Positions 12,185 to 27,100 of a stretch of 64,000 nucleotides of DNA are shown piece after piece (the stretch's first letter is position 1; every line of letters begins with the position of its first letter). The DNA is taken from positions 124,001-188,000 of the forward strand of contig JAQGDQ010000305.1 in NCBI GenBank assembly GCA_030141605.1, written 5' to 3'. This stretch comes from Tubiluchus corallicola (lineage: Eukaryota > Animalia > Priapulida). A model generated the notes under the pieces. That model was given only the letters and a program-made list of their open reading frames with translations. It was not told where the DNA came from and searched no databases. The position numbers and the translations under genes are program-made.

Positions 12185-15100
12185 ACCTGCTTTCTGTTTC
12201 TTTTCTTTCGCTTTCTTTCTCTCTTTTCCTCATTTTCTTTTTCTCTCTCCTCTCTCTCTCTCTCTCTCTTTCTAATTTTCTTTCTTTCTCTTTCTCTCTC
12301 TCTCTCTCGTGTGTGTGTGTGTATATGTATTTTGTCTTAAACGATAATTGTTAAAGAGCTAGGTTCCGATCCTGCCACATCCATGCACATTCAGTAGGCA
12401 TTGTTTTCAAGAGCTAGATTTCAGTGGCCTTGTTTTCAAGAGCTAGATTTCGGCTTGCTGTTTTATAAACTATATAATAAGTTAATGGACTATTTTTTAC
12501 TTTATTTTCAATTTAGCTTCTATTCTTGTGCTGTGCTGCATCGTCGTGTCATAATATTATTTTCTACACTAAAATGAAGTATTTATCCTACAGGTAGGCT
12601 AGGTTTCTTCCTCTCTAAGTTTTTTTGGGAGTGTACGATCACATTATATATCTTTGTAAAATATAATGACCTAGATTTTCTTCAAAAGTTGGTTTCTATT
12701 TGTTTTTATGTTGTTTAGGCTGCAGGCTACAGCATCGAAGAACTGTTTCACTTGACAAGGAGTTCTGTCACCCACCAGCACCTATTTGCTTTAGAAATAT
12801 TGACAAAGATAATTAATAGGGTATGCTTGACACAAATCAGTTTTTTTAATTTAAGAACAATAATAATATATTTGTTCATGGGTAATCAACATAAATTATG
12901 GGTACAATTTTTTAATTAATCATTGTTCAACATGCATTTCAATGATCTTCTGAATTTTATTTCTGTAAATTTTAGGAAATAAATTGTGTATTTTGACCTT
13001 TGTATTATTCACGTTTTTAACAACCACTTTTTAACTACTTGTACATTATCTACTTGTATTTACATCAAGTGTGGGCCTGTTTTGGTTGTTTTGCTTTTAT
13101 TTAAAAATCAAAAGCTCATGACTTGATTTACTTGTGGACCTTGAAATTTTTATTTGTCAGAAGTACTCTCAAGATTGCTTTCGCTAATGTAATGTTGTTT
13201 AAATGTTTCAATATTAAGTTTTCTTATCAGTCACATTGGTGAACACAGACTTTACACATAATTAATGAAAACCATTTTAACGTCATTTAATTATACTTGC
13301 TATTTTTTGTATTTTATGTTGTTTTTGTAGCTCTGTATTTTAACTTTCCTTTTACTATTTCGTGAATGAGGTTCTTTTTATAGTTTAATTTTACTATTTT
13401 AGTGAAATTATCATTTTCATTTACTATTCCAACAGACTTGGTGTTATTAGAAATTATCAGTAATACGATGTATATGCTATCAATTTAGTTCCTTAATAAT
13501 TATTGTTAAACTTCCATTTTTAGGCACATTCAGGTAATTACGATGGTTACCTTTCCCAGCCTCTTCTTCCAATGATGGTTGATTCTGGTCTGGCTTTTCT
13601 CTTGCGGTTTTCTCTAGATAGTTCAGCCATGTCTATTGTTAGTGCGGCTATTCAAGGCATTGGAGAGCTGATTGCCCCATCAGCTGATGAGGTATTATTG
13701 CTTTTAAACATGCACATGCATCACAAACTAAGAAAGGTCTTTATTTTTTGGAAAAGTTTTACATAATTTGGCAGAAAGTTAATTTTTTAATACGATTTCT
13801 TTTACTGCAGATGTATGTATTGATAGGTTTTAGCTTCATTAGTGATCTATTAATTGTGGTGTGATCCTGAATTTATGAAGGGGCTTTTTGTTTAAGCTAT
13901 GAGAACACTCTCTGAAACAGTGTTACCAGTATCATTAAATCTCCATCAGGTTTATTTCATACTGCTGAGCACCCTGAACTAGAACTGTTAAACATGCAGA
14001 CAATGCAGTTAGTCATCTGAGCTTACTATTGGTATTATATATAGTGATGGTTTTGGTGCCATTGCATTCACAAGTCTCGAATGCCGAGGGCGCTGATGTG
14101 ATGCCATTAGTGTGGTACACTTCCAATTTTTAGCTATATACGTGAATCATATATAATGTTCTTCATCTCGTAAAAACTAAAACCCATCCTAAAAACTAAC
14201 TACTGCCAGTCCAAACTGTTTAATTAACACCATACTTTACTTATTCCATTTTATAGGTTTGCTTAGACAGTGTATTTGTGTGGTTTCGTGGTACCGAAGC
14301 ACCTTCTAGTTTTGTGCCAGAAAAATGTAGTGAAAATACCAATGAAATTTCAGAAGCATCACAGTCATCTGATGAAGAAATTGTGAAGCATGATCTTATT
14401 AAGGTATCTTTTACATTTTACATTGTGTGTAAACAAAGTGCATGATTCTCAAACATTAATTTAGCAAAATATTTTTACTAGGGTGAGAAGATTACTTTGT
14501 GCATAAAAATATCTAGCAAATTAAACAAATGTGTTTAATTTTTTAAGAAGAAAGCATGTTTCTATTTTTATGCAAAGGTTATAACTAAGGATACATTCTA
14601 CTACTTAATGTCTTGAAAAACTTGATGATATAATTTGCTTTGCAAAATTTAGTGAATTCATAGTCAAAATCAAAACTATCAGTTTAACAGTCCGCTGCTA
14701 TAATATGATGCGGCCATTTAAATTTTGAATAAATCTATTATTTCGACCATGTCTTTGCTTATAATAGGTCTAATTGTTATGTAGCAAATGTGCTTTTTAA
14801 TGTTGAACTACAAATGAGAAAGTTCTTGCACCCTGTGCTATATTTTTTGTATCCACTTATATTATCCACATCCTAATAAACAGTTTCGCAAAAGTAAAAA
14901 ATTACTTTAAATTTTTTTCTAGGGACTATTGAACATGCATCTCTTGTCTCGTTTCCGCTACATTTTTCACAAATGCTCACCTGATGTCACTACCGTGTGC
15001 AAGATGGCTGACATTCTCACTTGCATTGCGAGGCACTCTGCTAGCTCTGCTTACCAAATATTTAAATGCACAGGACTTTTGGATACCATTATTCTAAACT

Positions 15101-18100
15101 ACTTACCTTTATCGTGGAAAGAAACAGGTATCAAACAATTAAAAAGGTACAAAAAATAATGCAAACTGACAAAGTGTAATGGCGGAGAAATATTCATTAA
15201 CAAATACATTTGAGAAGTCACTTGTTTAATTGCATGTTGCAGTTGGATCCTTTTGTATGTGCTGGACTTTCAAACTACAACAGTTGAAAATCCCAGTAGC
15301 TGAAGTAGTTCATATAGTTTTGTGTTTAACATGTGTGTTGCATAAAGATCATTATAATACTGGACAGACATTGCATTTGCTTTTGATATTTCTGAGAAAA
15401 AATAATAGGTAAAATGTAATTTTTTGTTTTAATTAGTGTACTAAGAATCTTCGTTAGCAAACATACCGTTGGTGGCTAAAAACCCACTTTCTCGTCTGTT
15501 TTACATTCATACGCCAAGACTTCATCTCAGCAAAAATCTGTCCAAAATGTTGAACAAGAGCGAGGACAATCTACTCTTGCATTCAGACACGTAGTTCCTA
15601 GAAATAGCAAGAATGTCTTTTTGCTGAACAAGTCTGCGCATCTGAACTTGGTTTTATTGTCTCCTCATTGATGAAAGAAGGTCCTAGTGAGTGTTTTAAC
15701 ACAGTTTGACACACTGCAAATTTTACACCGGGACTCAAGAGGCTGGGCCTACATGATGTAAGTGGTTGTGGCACGAGCAAAACTGGAAAAATAGCTAGAA
15801 TTACTATCAGCAAATAAAGCTATCTGGACAATTAAACAAACTTCACGGTCATCCATTCCTCTACCGATCGTGCTTAACTTCGGTATTTAGCACACACTAG
15901 GGTACTTAAATGCAATTTTAATGATGCCTGAATATTTTGTTTTTCAGCAGTCTAATGATTTGCTATTAGATTATTCTTTGTTTGTAGATAATCAGCTACC
16001 TGAGCACACAGTCCTGAAACTGTTACGGGTTCTGGCAATGGCTGGAAGAAACATGGCATCAATGTTGATCTCCAAGCATTCAGTCATGCAAATTGTGATA
16101 CGATATGTTGCAGTGGAACCAGTGGAGCTCCTTCCGGATCTGGGCGACGGGTTCATACTCAGTAATGAGGCTTTGAGGACATGGATTGTTTTTTGCTCAT
16201 ATGGATTAGCTTGTGATGAATTCCGGTAATTGAGGTTATGCTTAAAAAATCTGAGGATTCTTGTGAATTTTCTTTCAATCTGTCAGAGGCATTTGAATGC
16301 CCAGCTGTGTGATTTATGGTCACAAAAATTATTTAGTTTATTGAGAATAACTTTTGTTTATGGGAAATTTTTCTATTTTTTTGGGGAAACGTCACAGCAT
16401 AAATTGGTTAATCTGTAACAGTATGTAAACTTTACTCTTTACTTTTTTCGAACTCATTAAAGGTTTGTAGCAAATTTATCACCAAGGTGATATACAAACA
16501 TCAACATAATTAGATAATTGATATAATTCACATTTTTACGTGCCCAAATTTGTGCATCGTGTTAGTCTCTGATGTGATTAGCTTGCCCAACGTGAACAAT
16601 TTACTTTAGTGACGAGTTTATTTATTTCTTGCTTGATGACAATTTTCCACCTTTTACCTGTCATACATTAGGTATTTGTAGCTTTGTAGTTAGTTATATT
16701 GCAACTTACCTGCTGTATACCTTTTTGCTATTAACATGAAAGGCTACAAAATTTCACCAAATAGAATAATTTATTTTGGTTAACAACATAAACAACATAA
16801 AAGATCCCAGATGTATTACTAAATAACAAAAAGTGCAGTGCTGAAGACCAAGTACCTAGTTTTATTAAAGTGCAGCATACTTTTACAAGTCTGTCAAACA
16901 GTTGAAGTTGATTATTTGTGAAGCGTATAAGTATTATTTTGGTTTAATCATTCTATTAGCAATAACTGGTTTATCAATAAATATTGTAATTGATCCGTTT
17001 TGAAAGTTCAGAATGCCTGAAGCAAAGAGTTTAGTTAGAAGTTGCATGCACCTCAAAGTAAACACCACAGCTCTTATTAATGTGCTCTGTAGTTTTTGAG
17101 TGGCTGTATAGTACATCGTGCAGCAAGCAAAGTGACCAAACTCACTATCAGTAAGCCCGAGTTGGTGTCTAACCTTATTTGTTTTATTATTTGACGTGTA
17201 GGGAACTATATCCTGTGATTATGAATAATCTTCATCAGTCAGTGGTTCACCATTCTTCTGCTCATCTCTCGCCTGCATATTTGATAAGAGTATCTTTAAT
17301 TATTCACCTGTGTGAGTCTGCAATGCATACAGCTGCAACCAGAGAGCAACTTTTGCAAAATGTGCAAGCTGGGTATGTTTAGTTTTGAGCTTTTATGAGT
17401 ATGAAGCATGATCACAAAGCAAACATCTAACGAGTTGTGAAATGGTGGTACCTGAGCAGTATGAAAATCAAGCTATAATGTACTGTATTCTTCCTCCTTC
17501 TTATTGGCAGCTCATAATTAAAATTAATGGGTGTGATGCTTCAGAAAATTATTAGCAATTGTTTTAGTATTGTGTAAAACGAAACAAACATAAAAAAGGA
17601 AATTTGGTCAAAAACAAAGCAAATATCTAACGAGTTGTGAAATGACAAATACCCTGATAGTACCCGAGCAGTATAGAAATCAAGCTGTAGTGTTCTGTAT
17701 TCTTCCCCTTTCTTAGGGGCGGCTCATATAGCTAAATTATCGGGTGTGCTGCTTCAGAAAATTATTAGCCATTGTTTTAGTATTACGAAGAAACGAAACA
17801 AACATAAAAAAGGAAACTTGGTCAGAAAGAAACACTACCTTATGCTTGCACAACAGGGTCTGCACTTCGTGAGTGACAGTGCTTTGTCTACCTAGTGAGT
17901 AGCTTCTTATCTTGGACATGGTGGCCATGCGTATAACAACCAAACACTGCATTGCTGGAACTATGAAGCACACAGTTCCATACAAGGATTTTTGTAATTT
18001 TTTCATGAACTAGGTAATGGCTTCTGACATTAAGCTTAAGAATTATATAATGTACAAGTATAAAGAAAGAAATACAGACTCATTGCTTTGAATGTTATCG

Positions 18101-21100
18101 ATAATATTGAGTGAAAATAGGGGGTGCGCTACAATTCCGCAGTGCCTTAACACAAGCCGCCATTGCCCTTTCTTTATTAGTAATATCTACGTGGAGATGT
18201 TATGCAAATGTTGAGAAGGATGTGCTGTGACTAATGCATGACCTTACTAGCTTTCAAAAGGATCCAGCGTGAAGATCAATTGTATTCTAGTTATCTTTAC
18301 CTTGGTATAAATTAGCTATGATCCACATAGGATTGGCTTGGCTGCAAAGGCCTTAGAGATGTTATATAGAATCATTAAATGTATGTACAAACATATGCAG
18401 ACTCCGGCATTTTTCGCGAAGGTTGCATTGTAACTCCCACTACACTTTTCTAGGGTGGAGAGTGGAAATAATGTATGAAATTATTTATTTTCAAATGAAA
18501 CAAACTGTCAGTTTTTGGAAAATAAAGCACTTGCCAAAACATTGTCAGTTGGTTTATACTTGGTTGCTCACGTTTTATCATAACTTAAACAGGATGATAT
18601 TGATCACAGTTTATTGCTTGGCTTTTGTCACCTTTTCTTTTTTATCTTTTTGCCAGCTTAATTCCTCATTAAGCTAGTACCGAATAACGCGTATAATTTT
18701 TACAGATATCTACATATCTAGATGGTATAGGGGTAGTTCAGAATCATAAATATACAGTACACATTGTTTACAGATCTGCTATACCATACGTTGTTTACGA
18801 ATGTGTGTGGTATATCAGCTTAGTTTTTTGTATATTTGGAGGACAAGCAACACATATGTACATAATACAGTTATCATTTTGTCAGCAGTCTTCTACTTGT
18901 GTAGCAAGTTTTACTGAATCTTTGGTGGAGTTGCTAAATTGTTTGTGCTATTTATTTATTTGTTTATTTTTCCCTAGTTTACGAAATTCTACTGAGGAAT
19001 GCTTAGTCCCGCCTTCACTGGAATGGAGCGAGGTGATTGGTCTAAGGCAACCAATAGAATCATGGCTGAAGCTCTTGCTTAGAGAATGGTTGCATACTGC
19101 AGATGTTGACTTACCTTCCTTGCAGTTAACAGCTGCTTGTCTTAACTATTTGTCGTCTTTCTTTAAAAAGAGAACTATGCAAGTAAGTGCAAGCCATCTT
19201 TTGTTTTGTTCAGCAGTTGTTTTTTTATTATAGATTTCTTTTATAATATTGTAACATAGGTCTCGATCTTGCAAATCGCATTATTGTTAGCCCTGACAAA
19301 TTAGCAATTAGCAAATTTTTTAGCTCAGAACATATATTTAGTGGCGCATTTGTAAAAAATTAATTTGAAGACATTAGAACTAGACAATTTCTCTTATAAT
19401 GCTGTGAAGAAATTACTCAACTGCTACAAGTGGCACTGCTGTCATGCTTTTTTATCTATTTGTTACTGACTAGTTTACGGTGTTTTATGTGTTAATGTTG
19501 TTGATGAATGTTAATTTATTATTTTTAGTTTTTCCAGCCTTGCTACTGTCATGTAGTCACTCTACCGTTTGCATTGAGATTTTATTGTTATATTTTGCAC
19601 AGTTTGACCTTTCCTATAGCATCTGTTGTACTAATCTTGTATTTATATTATATACTTGCAGTCAAATTATCAAGCAGTAGAGTCATTACAGGAGATTGAG
19701 GTTTTCCATAATGATGTACTTGTGCCTTTTAGTTCTGCTCCCGGTTTCCACACTGCACTGAAACGATTACAGTAAGTATGAGTTTAAAAAGACAACTGTC
19801 CTTTTTTTATTTGTAGCTTAGTTAGCTATTCTAAAATTCGTGGAAGGTGCGACTCCTGTTCGATTTCCGTTCCTGTTGTTACTCGAACAAAAAATACGAA
19901 TATTCCAGGTTAATTCAGCCCCTAAGTTTGTGTGTTTTTCTTTACGGTCCACTCAAATTCCAACTGAAGAGATTGCTGCAAATGAGCAAAGTTAACTAAG
20001 TTGCTACGTACAGTCACCAACAGAGTAATGTTGTATCTGTGATTTCTGAAATTTAGTGCTTGTTCCTTTTTATTTATTGTTTCTTTTCTTGTTGTTTGTG
20101 CATTACTAACAATTAACTGAACCATGTATGTGTATAGAATAGGATAAATAATAAATAATAAGTGTTTCTTTATCTGTACATAGAGTGGACTTTAACTCTA
20201 GCACTTGGATTGACAAATATAAAAGGACACTGGCAGGTGATGGCAAAAATAAAAAGCAGTAGTATAGTACTATGTTCACTGTTGCCAAAATGAGTTTTAA
20301 AAACCACTATTGGTTTCCTGACCAAGTCGCATTCAATTATGCATCTGTATTTGCAGCAGCTGCACATCTTTCAAGAGCAAATCACTTGATGCAATAGCAG
20401 CTTCGTTGAAAAACCTAATGTTGCTTGGATGCTCCCGAAGTGCATCCTTATGTCCTGTTATTCGAGCTGATTCACCGTTTGTTATAGTCACTGCTTATGC
20501 TCGGTTACTGTTTGTCCTGCAGTCGATACATCGTGCATTACAGCCAAAGGTGAGTGCAATAATCCCGGCATTTGTGACATGGTATTTTGCTGTTTGTGTT
20601 ATTTTGAATGTCAAAACTGTTTGCTTACTTGCTTACTGCTTATATTTACAATGCAGTCTAAGCCATTCTAAATTGCTTCGAAAGTTACTGCCTCAATAAT
20701 GTTCCATTATTTTGCATATTTCTCTCGATTCCTGACTTGTGGTCCAAGGGTATGTAAGTTCACTCTGACTGTTTTGGTTTAGAGACGTCCTTGAGCAAAG
20801 TTGCTTTCCTGGTGCTCTTTGGTGGAAAGGAGACATGAGATTGACAGCGAAAGATATTATCTCAGCATTTTAAGCACCTCGTGGTTGTAAACAGCTGCCC
20901 AGGCTCATAAGCTACCCAGGAGTTGAGAGTGTACTGGAGTGAACTGGCCAGTTAATTAGAGGTAGCTTTGCAGAGATGGGCAAGTGTATACATACGTGCA
21001 ACGGCACAATTAGGACGAACAAATATTTGCTTAATTACTGCAGTATGTTTTTCTAATTTCAGATATTTGACAGTCTTTTACAAAACCAAGAGCTCTTAAT

Positions 21101-24100
21101 GTACCTGCAACATGTTGCTATGACAATGAATGAGTGCATTTCCTGGGGATGGTTTTCAAGATACGAAACCCATTTTCTTTATTTTCTCTGCAAACTATCC
21201 GTGATTATGGTAAGTGCTATTAATAACAATTTTGGCATAATGTAAAAAATTTTTCATCTTTTTATTGTTGTATCACTTCACAGCATTTTGCAAAACAAAA
21301 TCAAAGCTCGTATTTAACTTTTATAAATTTACTGATGTATCCTGAAAAGCTTGTGCCCTGGAAAGTATGATACGCTTTAACCTATGTTTGACCTATGACT
21401 GAATCTATGTTTGAATCTAATCTAATTCAAATTTAAAGTAAGGTAAATCTTTTAAAAAGTGGTATAGATTTATTTAAATAAATTTGTTATGAAAGTGCTG
21501 CATGTATTTGCTAGAATAACTGTTGAAACCAATTCAGTTTTTATTGGTGCTTGTAATGGATTTTCATCCACACGAGTGTGCACAATAATTCAAAATTACT
21601 CTGACTACAATTCTTAATTTTTGGCACAATATGTACCAGTTCTAATAAACTCACTGACTTGTTCTGTAAACTTCTGAAAGTGTAACACTACTTTTACTTC
21701 GCCCTGTATTTTGTCTTGGGTTTTGTCTGTCCCTTAATTAAACTTTTTTTCATTTAATTTTACATTTATGACTTGTCACTAAAAAGTACATGCTTACAAC
21801 TTAACAGTTTTTGTGTTTTTACATTGTACCTGTTTCTCTTTCTGTTAGTAAAACAAATTTAATGTTAGCTTGGGCAAATGCCAGGCTATGAAAAGACCCC
21901 GCAGGATGGCACAAGTACCAGCCTGTATGAAATTGTTTATAATGTTACCTGACTAGTTATCCGTCATGATGTAAAGTGGAATGAATTAAAGTATTAAAGT
22001 TTTTATATATGATTTGGTAATACTTTTCTTTTTCTCAAATGATTGTAATTTGGCTTTCAGAAACCAGAAAGATCAATGGCGACATACTGTAGAGTGTCTG
22101 TCAAGCTGCTGCCTAACTTGCTAAATGGTGATGAGTCATATGCTTATGATTTACTTTCCACTGTGATTTTTAATGATGTGGTACGGTAAGTGAAACTGCT
22201 TTTGTTGACGTGTTTTGTTTTTGTTTCACTTTATTTAAATAATTTTTTGTATGATTTTGTAATTCAAAAGGTACAATAAATATTGAATGCCATCAGTCGG
22301 CAATTTCTATTATGCTTCGTTGAGGGGTCCTTGGTGAAACTTATGCATTAATTGCAGTGCTCAGCCTGCTTATTTAGCTCAGTAAAATGTTTGGCTGAAT
22401 TTTTATTTACATATGTACTGGCTGACCTACCTATCTACCTCTGTGAGCCCCTCCTGCTTTCTGTTTACCTTTTTTATACTTTCTCTTTCTCTCTCGATTT
22501 CTGTCTGTCTCTCTCTCTCTCTCTCTCCCTCTCTCCCTCCCTCCATCCATCCATCTGCTCATGGACATGGGCATGCACCAGGGTTATAAAGACTGAAATC
22601 TATCCATTGCTGTTGTATAGCGTTGTCAATGTCTAACAATCTGTGCAACATTATTGTCATTTTGCCCCTGCAAAAGTAGTTGCAAACTAGTTGAACTAGT
22701 CAAGCTGATCTAAAATCATTTAGCAAGAATGCTCAGAGAGCTCCAAATGTATCTTCCAGTGGAATAATTTAACGTTTAGTGATTCCTTTTAGTATACTAT
22801 GGGTAATAATCTCGTCCTTGTGACAGGTTTCACTTCTGTAAATTATATAACCCAAGTGTGAATAAACTTATAGACAGGAAGACTAAAAAGTTTTATATAA
22901 CAGTGTAAAGGTTTACTCTGCACCTATAGTTTCTCATATTTATTATTTTAATAGGTCAGTTTTGATTGACGATGATGTAATTTCATCCAATTTTAATGAA
23001 ATGCAGCTTTCCAATCATGAGGTTATTGAGAGTGCAGCCTTGTTTGAAACTCATGCAACCACATCTGAATTGTTGCGAGATGGCTGCAGTAACTTAGCAA
23101 CCATTCGAGGCACATATATGCAAGCAGCACAGCAGCTTGGTGCTTTAGCAGAGAAGACCAGGTACTTAAGCCAACTTTAAAGCTGAGTGTGTGTGTGTGT
23201 GTGTGTATGTGCGTGTGTGAGTGCGTGCGTGTGTGTGTTGCATTCAGGTGTTTACAAATCACCAGTCTTAGCCATTAGCTGCTCAAATTTCAATAGCTTT
23301 CCAAGATTTTTTTTTGATGAACTACTTTCTCAGTTTTGAAATGATGCAACCTTAATTTTGATTCAAGCAAATAGTAAATTTTTAACCAGGTGCCTTTGTT
23401 TGAAAACTTGTCTGTCTTCTTAAATTTTCTGTGCAGCCTACTTTTCACCATTGTAGATGCTACCTTCAACAGTCAATGGTTACAGAGTAGTGGCTTATAT
23501 TGCTTTTCTTTCTGGCCACTTAATATCATTAAATTATGCATTTTATGTTATACCAACACCGTCTGCAATGCTAGTGTTGCTGTTTCCTAAAATTATTATC
23601 GAACTAACTGGAACTAATGTACTTTTAAAGACTGTGATTGCTAGGAGGTGACTGCTACGAGGATTTGTTAAAAGATTTTGTTGTTTTCAGTAATCAATAC
23701 TGGATAGTATGCTGTGTATGTAGAGTGAAAATTGTACATTTAAACATGGAAGAAATATGATTTCTTTTGTCACATTACAGTGAGGATAATTTACTGGTTT
23801 TATTTTTCCTAGTATGCTAGAATATTACTTCTGATTTGTAGGATGTCCGTGCTTTGGTTTTACTTGAGATTTTTTTTGCGCATTATGCAGTGATATGTTT
23901 TGATAGTATTCACAGGATAGTAGTAAGTCAGTTTCTTTTTTTCACTATTTCAAGCTGAGAAATGAACATTTTTTGCTTTATTTGTAGACCTCTGGCAGAA
24001 CAGATACCATATGCTGTCCAATCACAACTCTTGTTACATTCGGTGCAACCGGTATTACCTCATGACTGGGTCTTTTCACCACTAATTGATCTTCATGCAA

Positions 24101-27100
24101 AAGCCATGAACCTGTAAGCTTACATATTTGACTTCTTTCTGTTGTTATCCTACATTTTGCAAATATTTTTATTCTGATTAGAAGTTTGGTTGTTTAATTT
24201 TCACTCTAGGCCTTAAATAATGGTTGTAGGAATATGGTTAGAAAAAGCAAATAGTAGTGAACATTGTGCCATAAATATTTTGATATTTTATTTGCAATTA
24301 ACAATTTTACTGTGCATTGTGTACCACCAATGCAACGTCTTAAATTAGGCTTGCCAACACAGATGAATCACAGACAAAAGAACCAATATAAACACAAGTT
24401 CATGTTTATAAAATGATTGGTTCTTTTGTTTATGATTTGACTTAAATTAGGTGATTTATTTCCTGTAAACTTGTCGCCTGATGGAATTTAGATTTTCAGC
24501 TTAGAAATGATATATTTCATGTAATAACAAAATTGTGGAAAGAAAAGTTAGCATTAGCTCTATTTGGATTTGATAATGAATTTCCAGTAAAACATGTGCT
24601 TCGTCTTTGTACCTATTAATGGTTTTCTTCATCAGTGACTTTAATGAAATGTTCTGTACTAAAGTCTAAAGTTCTGAAAAAAATGGGTGTTGTGTGCAGG
24701 GAGCAAGCTGGAGAATTTGTCGGTGGTGTCACTTCCGTAGCAGTTGCCATGGTAACAAACTGTTTACGCTGTGCATACCTGTTCATGGAGTGGCATTGTG
24801 GGATATTTGCCAGCGTAAGCCCAGCTTCTGTCTATACTCGCTTAGCCTGTGTTTTTCTCTGTGGTAAGCATTTATGCAAATTCAGATTATAGATTTTATT
24901 ATTTTATAGAATAAGAGGATTACATTGATTTTTATAGGTTTTTGCCTTTACCTGTGCTTTTTAACTTGAGTTTTTTCTCCAATTTTATTAAGCCATGTTT
25001 GTAAATAACATAAAAATTGAAGTAGGTATGTCATTTAGTGATATCAAGGTTTCCTTCATCTTCTAAACTATCCTACTGATTTTTATGATGATTTTTTATA
25101 CAAATGATCCATAAACTCTAAACAAGTAGCTAAGTCAATGTGTGTCTTATTTTGAATTTCAGGACCAGACTTGTTTCTGAATAAAACAGTTAGCTTATAC
25201 ATGAAAGCCCTATTATGGATTTTAGGCAAATCGGATCCATCCAAGCTCGACTTTGACGGGAGCATTCCCGGAGTCCTTTCATTTCCTGACTTGTAAGTTG
25301 TATGCATATCCGTAACTTCAAAAATTCAGTATTTTTTAAGAGACCCAATTTTAAATAATTGCCTTGAATAATTTGCTAAACATTATTTTTAATGTACCTT
25401 TAAACATTGTTTTTCTGCAAGCAGAATAGCTAGTCATCACGTTGTGTGCGTAGCAACCGTAGTTAAACAATGCTGAGTTTCCACAACAAATGATGTGGCT
25501 GCCAAGAAAACTGCTTCCAGATGGTTTTTCCTCTTCTATACTGCTTCTTACTACATTATTGAAGAAGAATGGATGCATGCAACCATGGCAGACATCTGTG
25601 CTGGTTCCGGATCTCATCTTAGTAATTCTTCTTAATACTTAGATAGGAGCTAACCCTCTGCAACCATCAATATAAGAGGAGGTCCATACCTGCATAACTT
25701 ATCTACCAAGATGTAGCTAGCCTTTTCACAGTGCCAGTGATGCATGATGATCTTGAAAAGGTCAAAGGTTAAGTGACCTAACAATGTTATCTGAACCATG
25801 CAACTCATTTGATTACACTTGCCAACACTTTGCAATTCATGCTATTGTATTAGGAACAGTTCTTGGCATTAATTTTGTTAACATGTTAGTTTAAAACTAT
25901 ACACTTGTAGTGTAATAATAAAAAATAACTGTGTTTCACCCGTTTCACCTACATGTTGTTACATACGTAAGGTCACGTGACGGTTGTAGTTAAGTAAGAT
26001 GCAGTTGATTCACTTAATCTTTGACCTGCAACAACTGTGCGTGTGCATAGCAAAACTGTGAACAGGCTTATTTATGTAACTATCAATATAATAAGAAAGC
26101 TGTGCTGTTGATTGCTGGATAACAGTTTGTAAAACAAAGTGAAAATGACATGGAAACTTAGGCATATCATCATTGATGTAATAATGGTCATTGCTGTTAT
26201 AAATATAAGCTTATCTTTAGGTATGCTTTGCTTCTGGAACATTTCGAAAGCATTTCTTTTGGTGACTTGCTGTTTTCTTGCTACGTCTTGTTTCCGCTGC
26301 AACAGCGATTCAGTGCTGAACTGAGAAAAAAACTGTGGGGGGAGCATGTGCAGGCATTGAGAATAATCAAGTTATCTTGGAAACAGGTAAAATTTCGAAT
26401 TTTTGCTTCACTTCATATTGCAGTCACTTCATTCTTTGATAGGCAAGAAACAAGTGGAACAAAATTCAGAAGCTGTGTGGTTAAATTTTGAGTACTTTTG
26501 TGCTTGTTGTTACTTTCATCGCAGAATAAGTGTAACTTTTAGTCGCACATAGCTTTGTTAACTCACGGTGGTATAATGCTACTAATGTATGTCTGTTATT
26601 TCAAAGAAACAAACGTAGTAATCTAGACATCCACTAGCAATTCACTTTCTTGATTTGCAGTTACCAGTGCCATTGAAATTGTTCCTTGAACCGGCAGAAC
26701 AAGATGTTGATCTGCTCACGCTCTATTTCCAATGTCTGATGGGAGAATTTGTGCGACCAGAAACATCGCCCTTGTTGTACCTCATAGCAGTACATCACAC
26801 TTCAAGCTTCTTTAAGCGAATTGCTGAAAACCAGGTTGCCGGGGTTACAGAATTTAGCAATCTGAACCAGGATGAGATTCATGTGCAGCAAAAAATGCTT
26901 AGAGCCTTGACTCGAAGTAAAAATCAAGTACGTGTCGGATAGTTGATCTGCTACCCATGTTTTTATGATTTGCCTATTTTTTGATGGTTAGGAGGTTTCT
27001 TAATTTTTCACAGTTTTTCACACATTTTGGGACATGTACTTGTAACACAAAGAATTGAAATTTGAAATTTCATTGCATGTTAGCAGTAAGGAGACTGTTT

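Noticed and set aside
12015-12354. ORFs rich in SLSLSL (also 22352, 23023, 46065, 62602, 63265)
   Set aside because: They are translations of microsatellites in introns or intergenic DNA.
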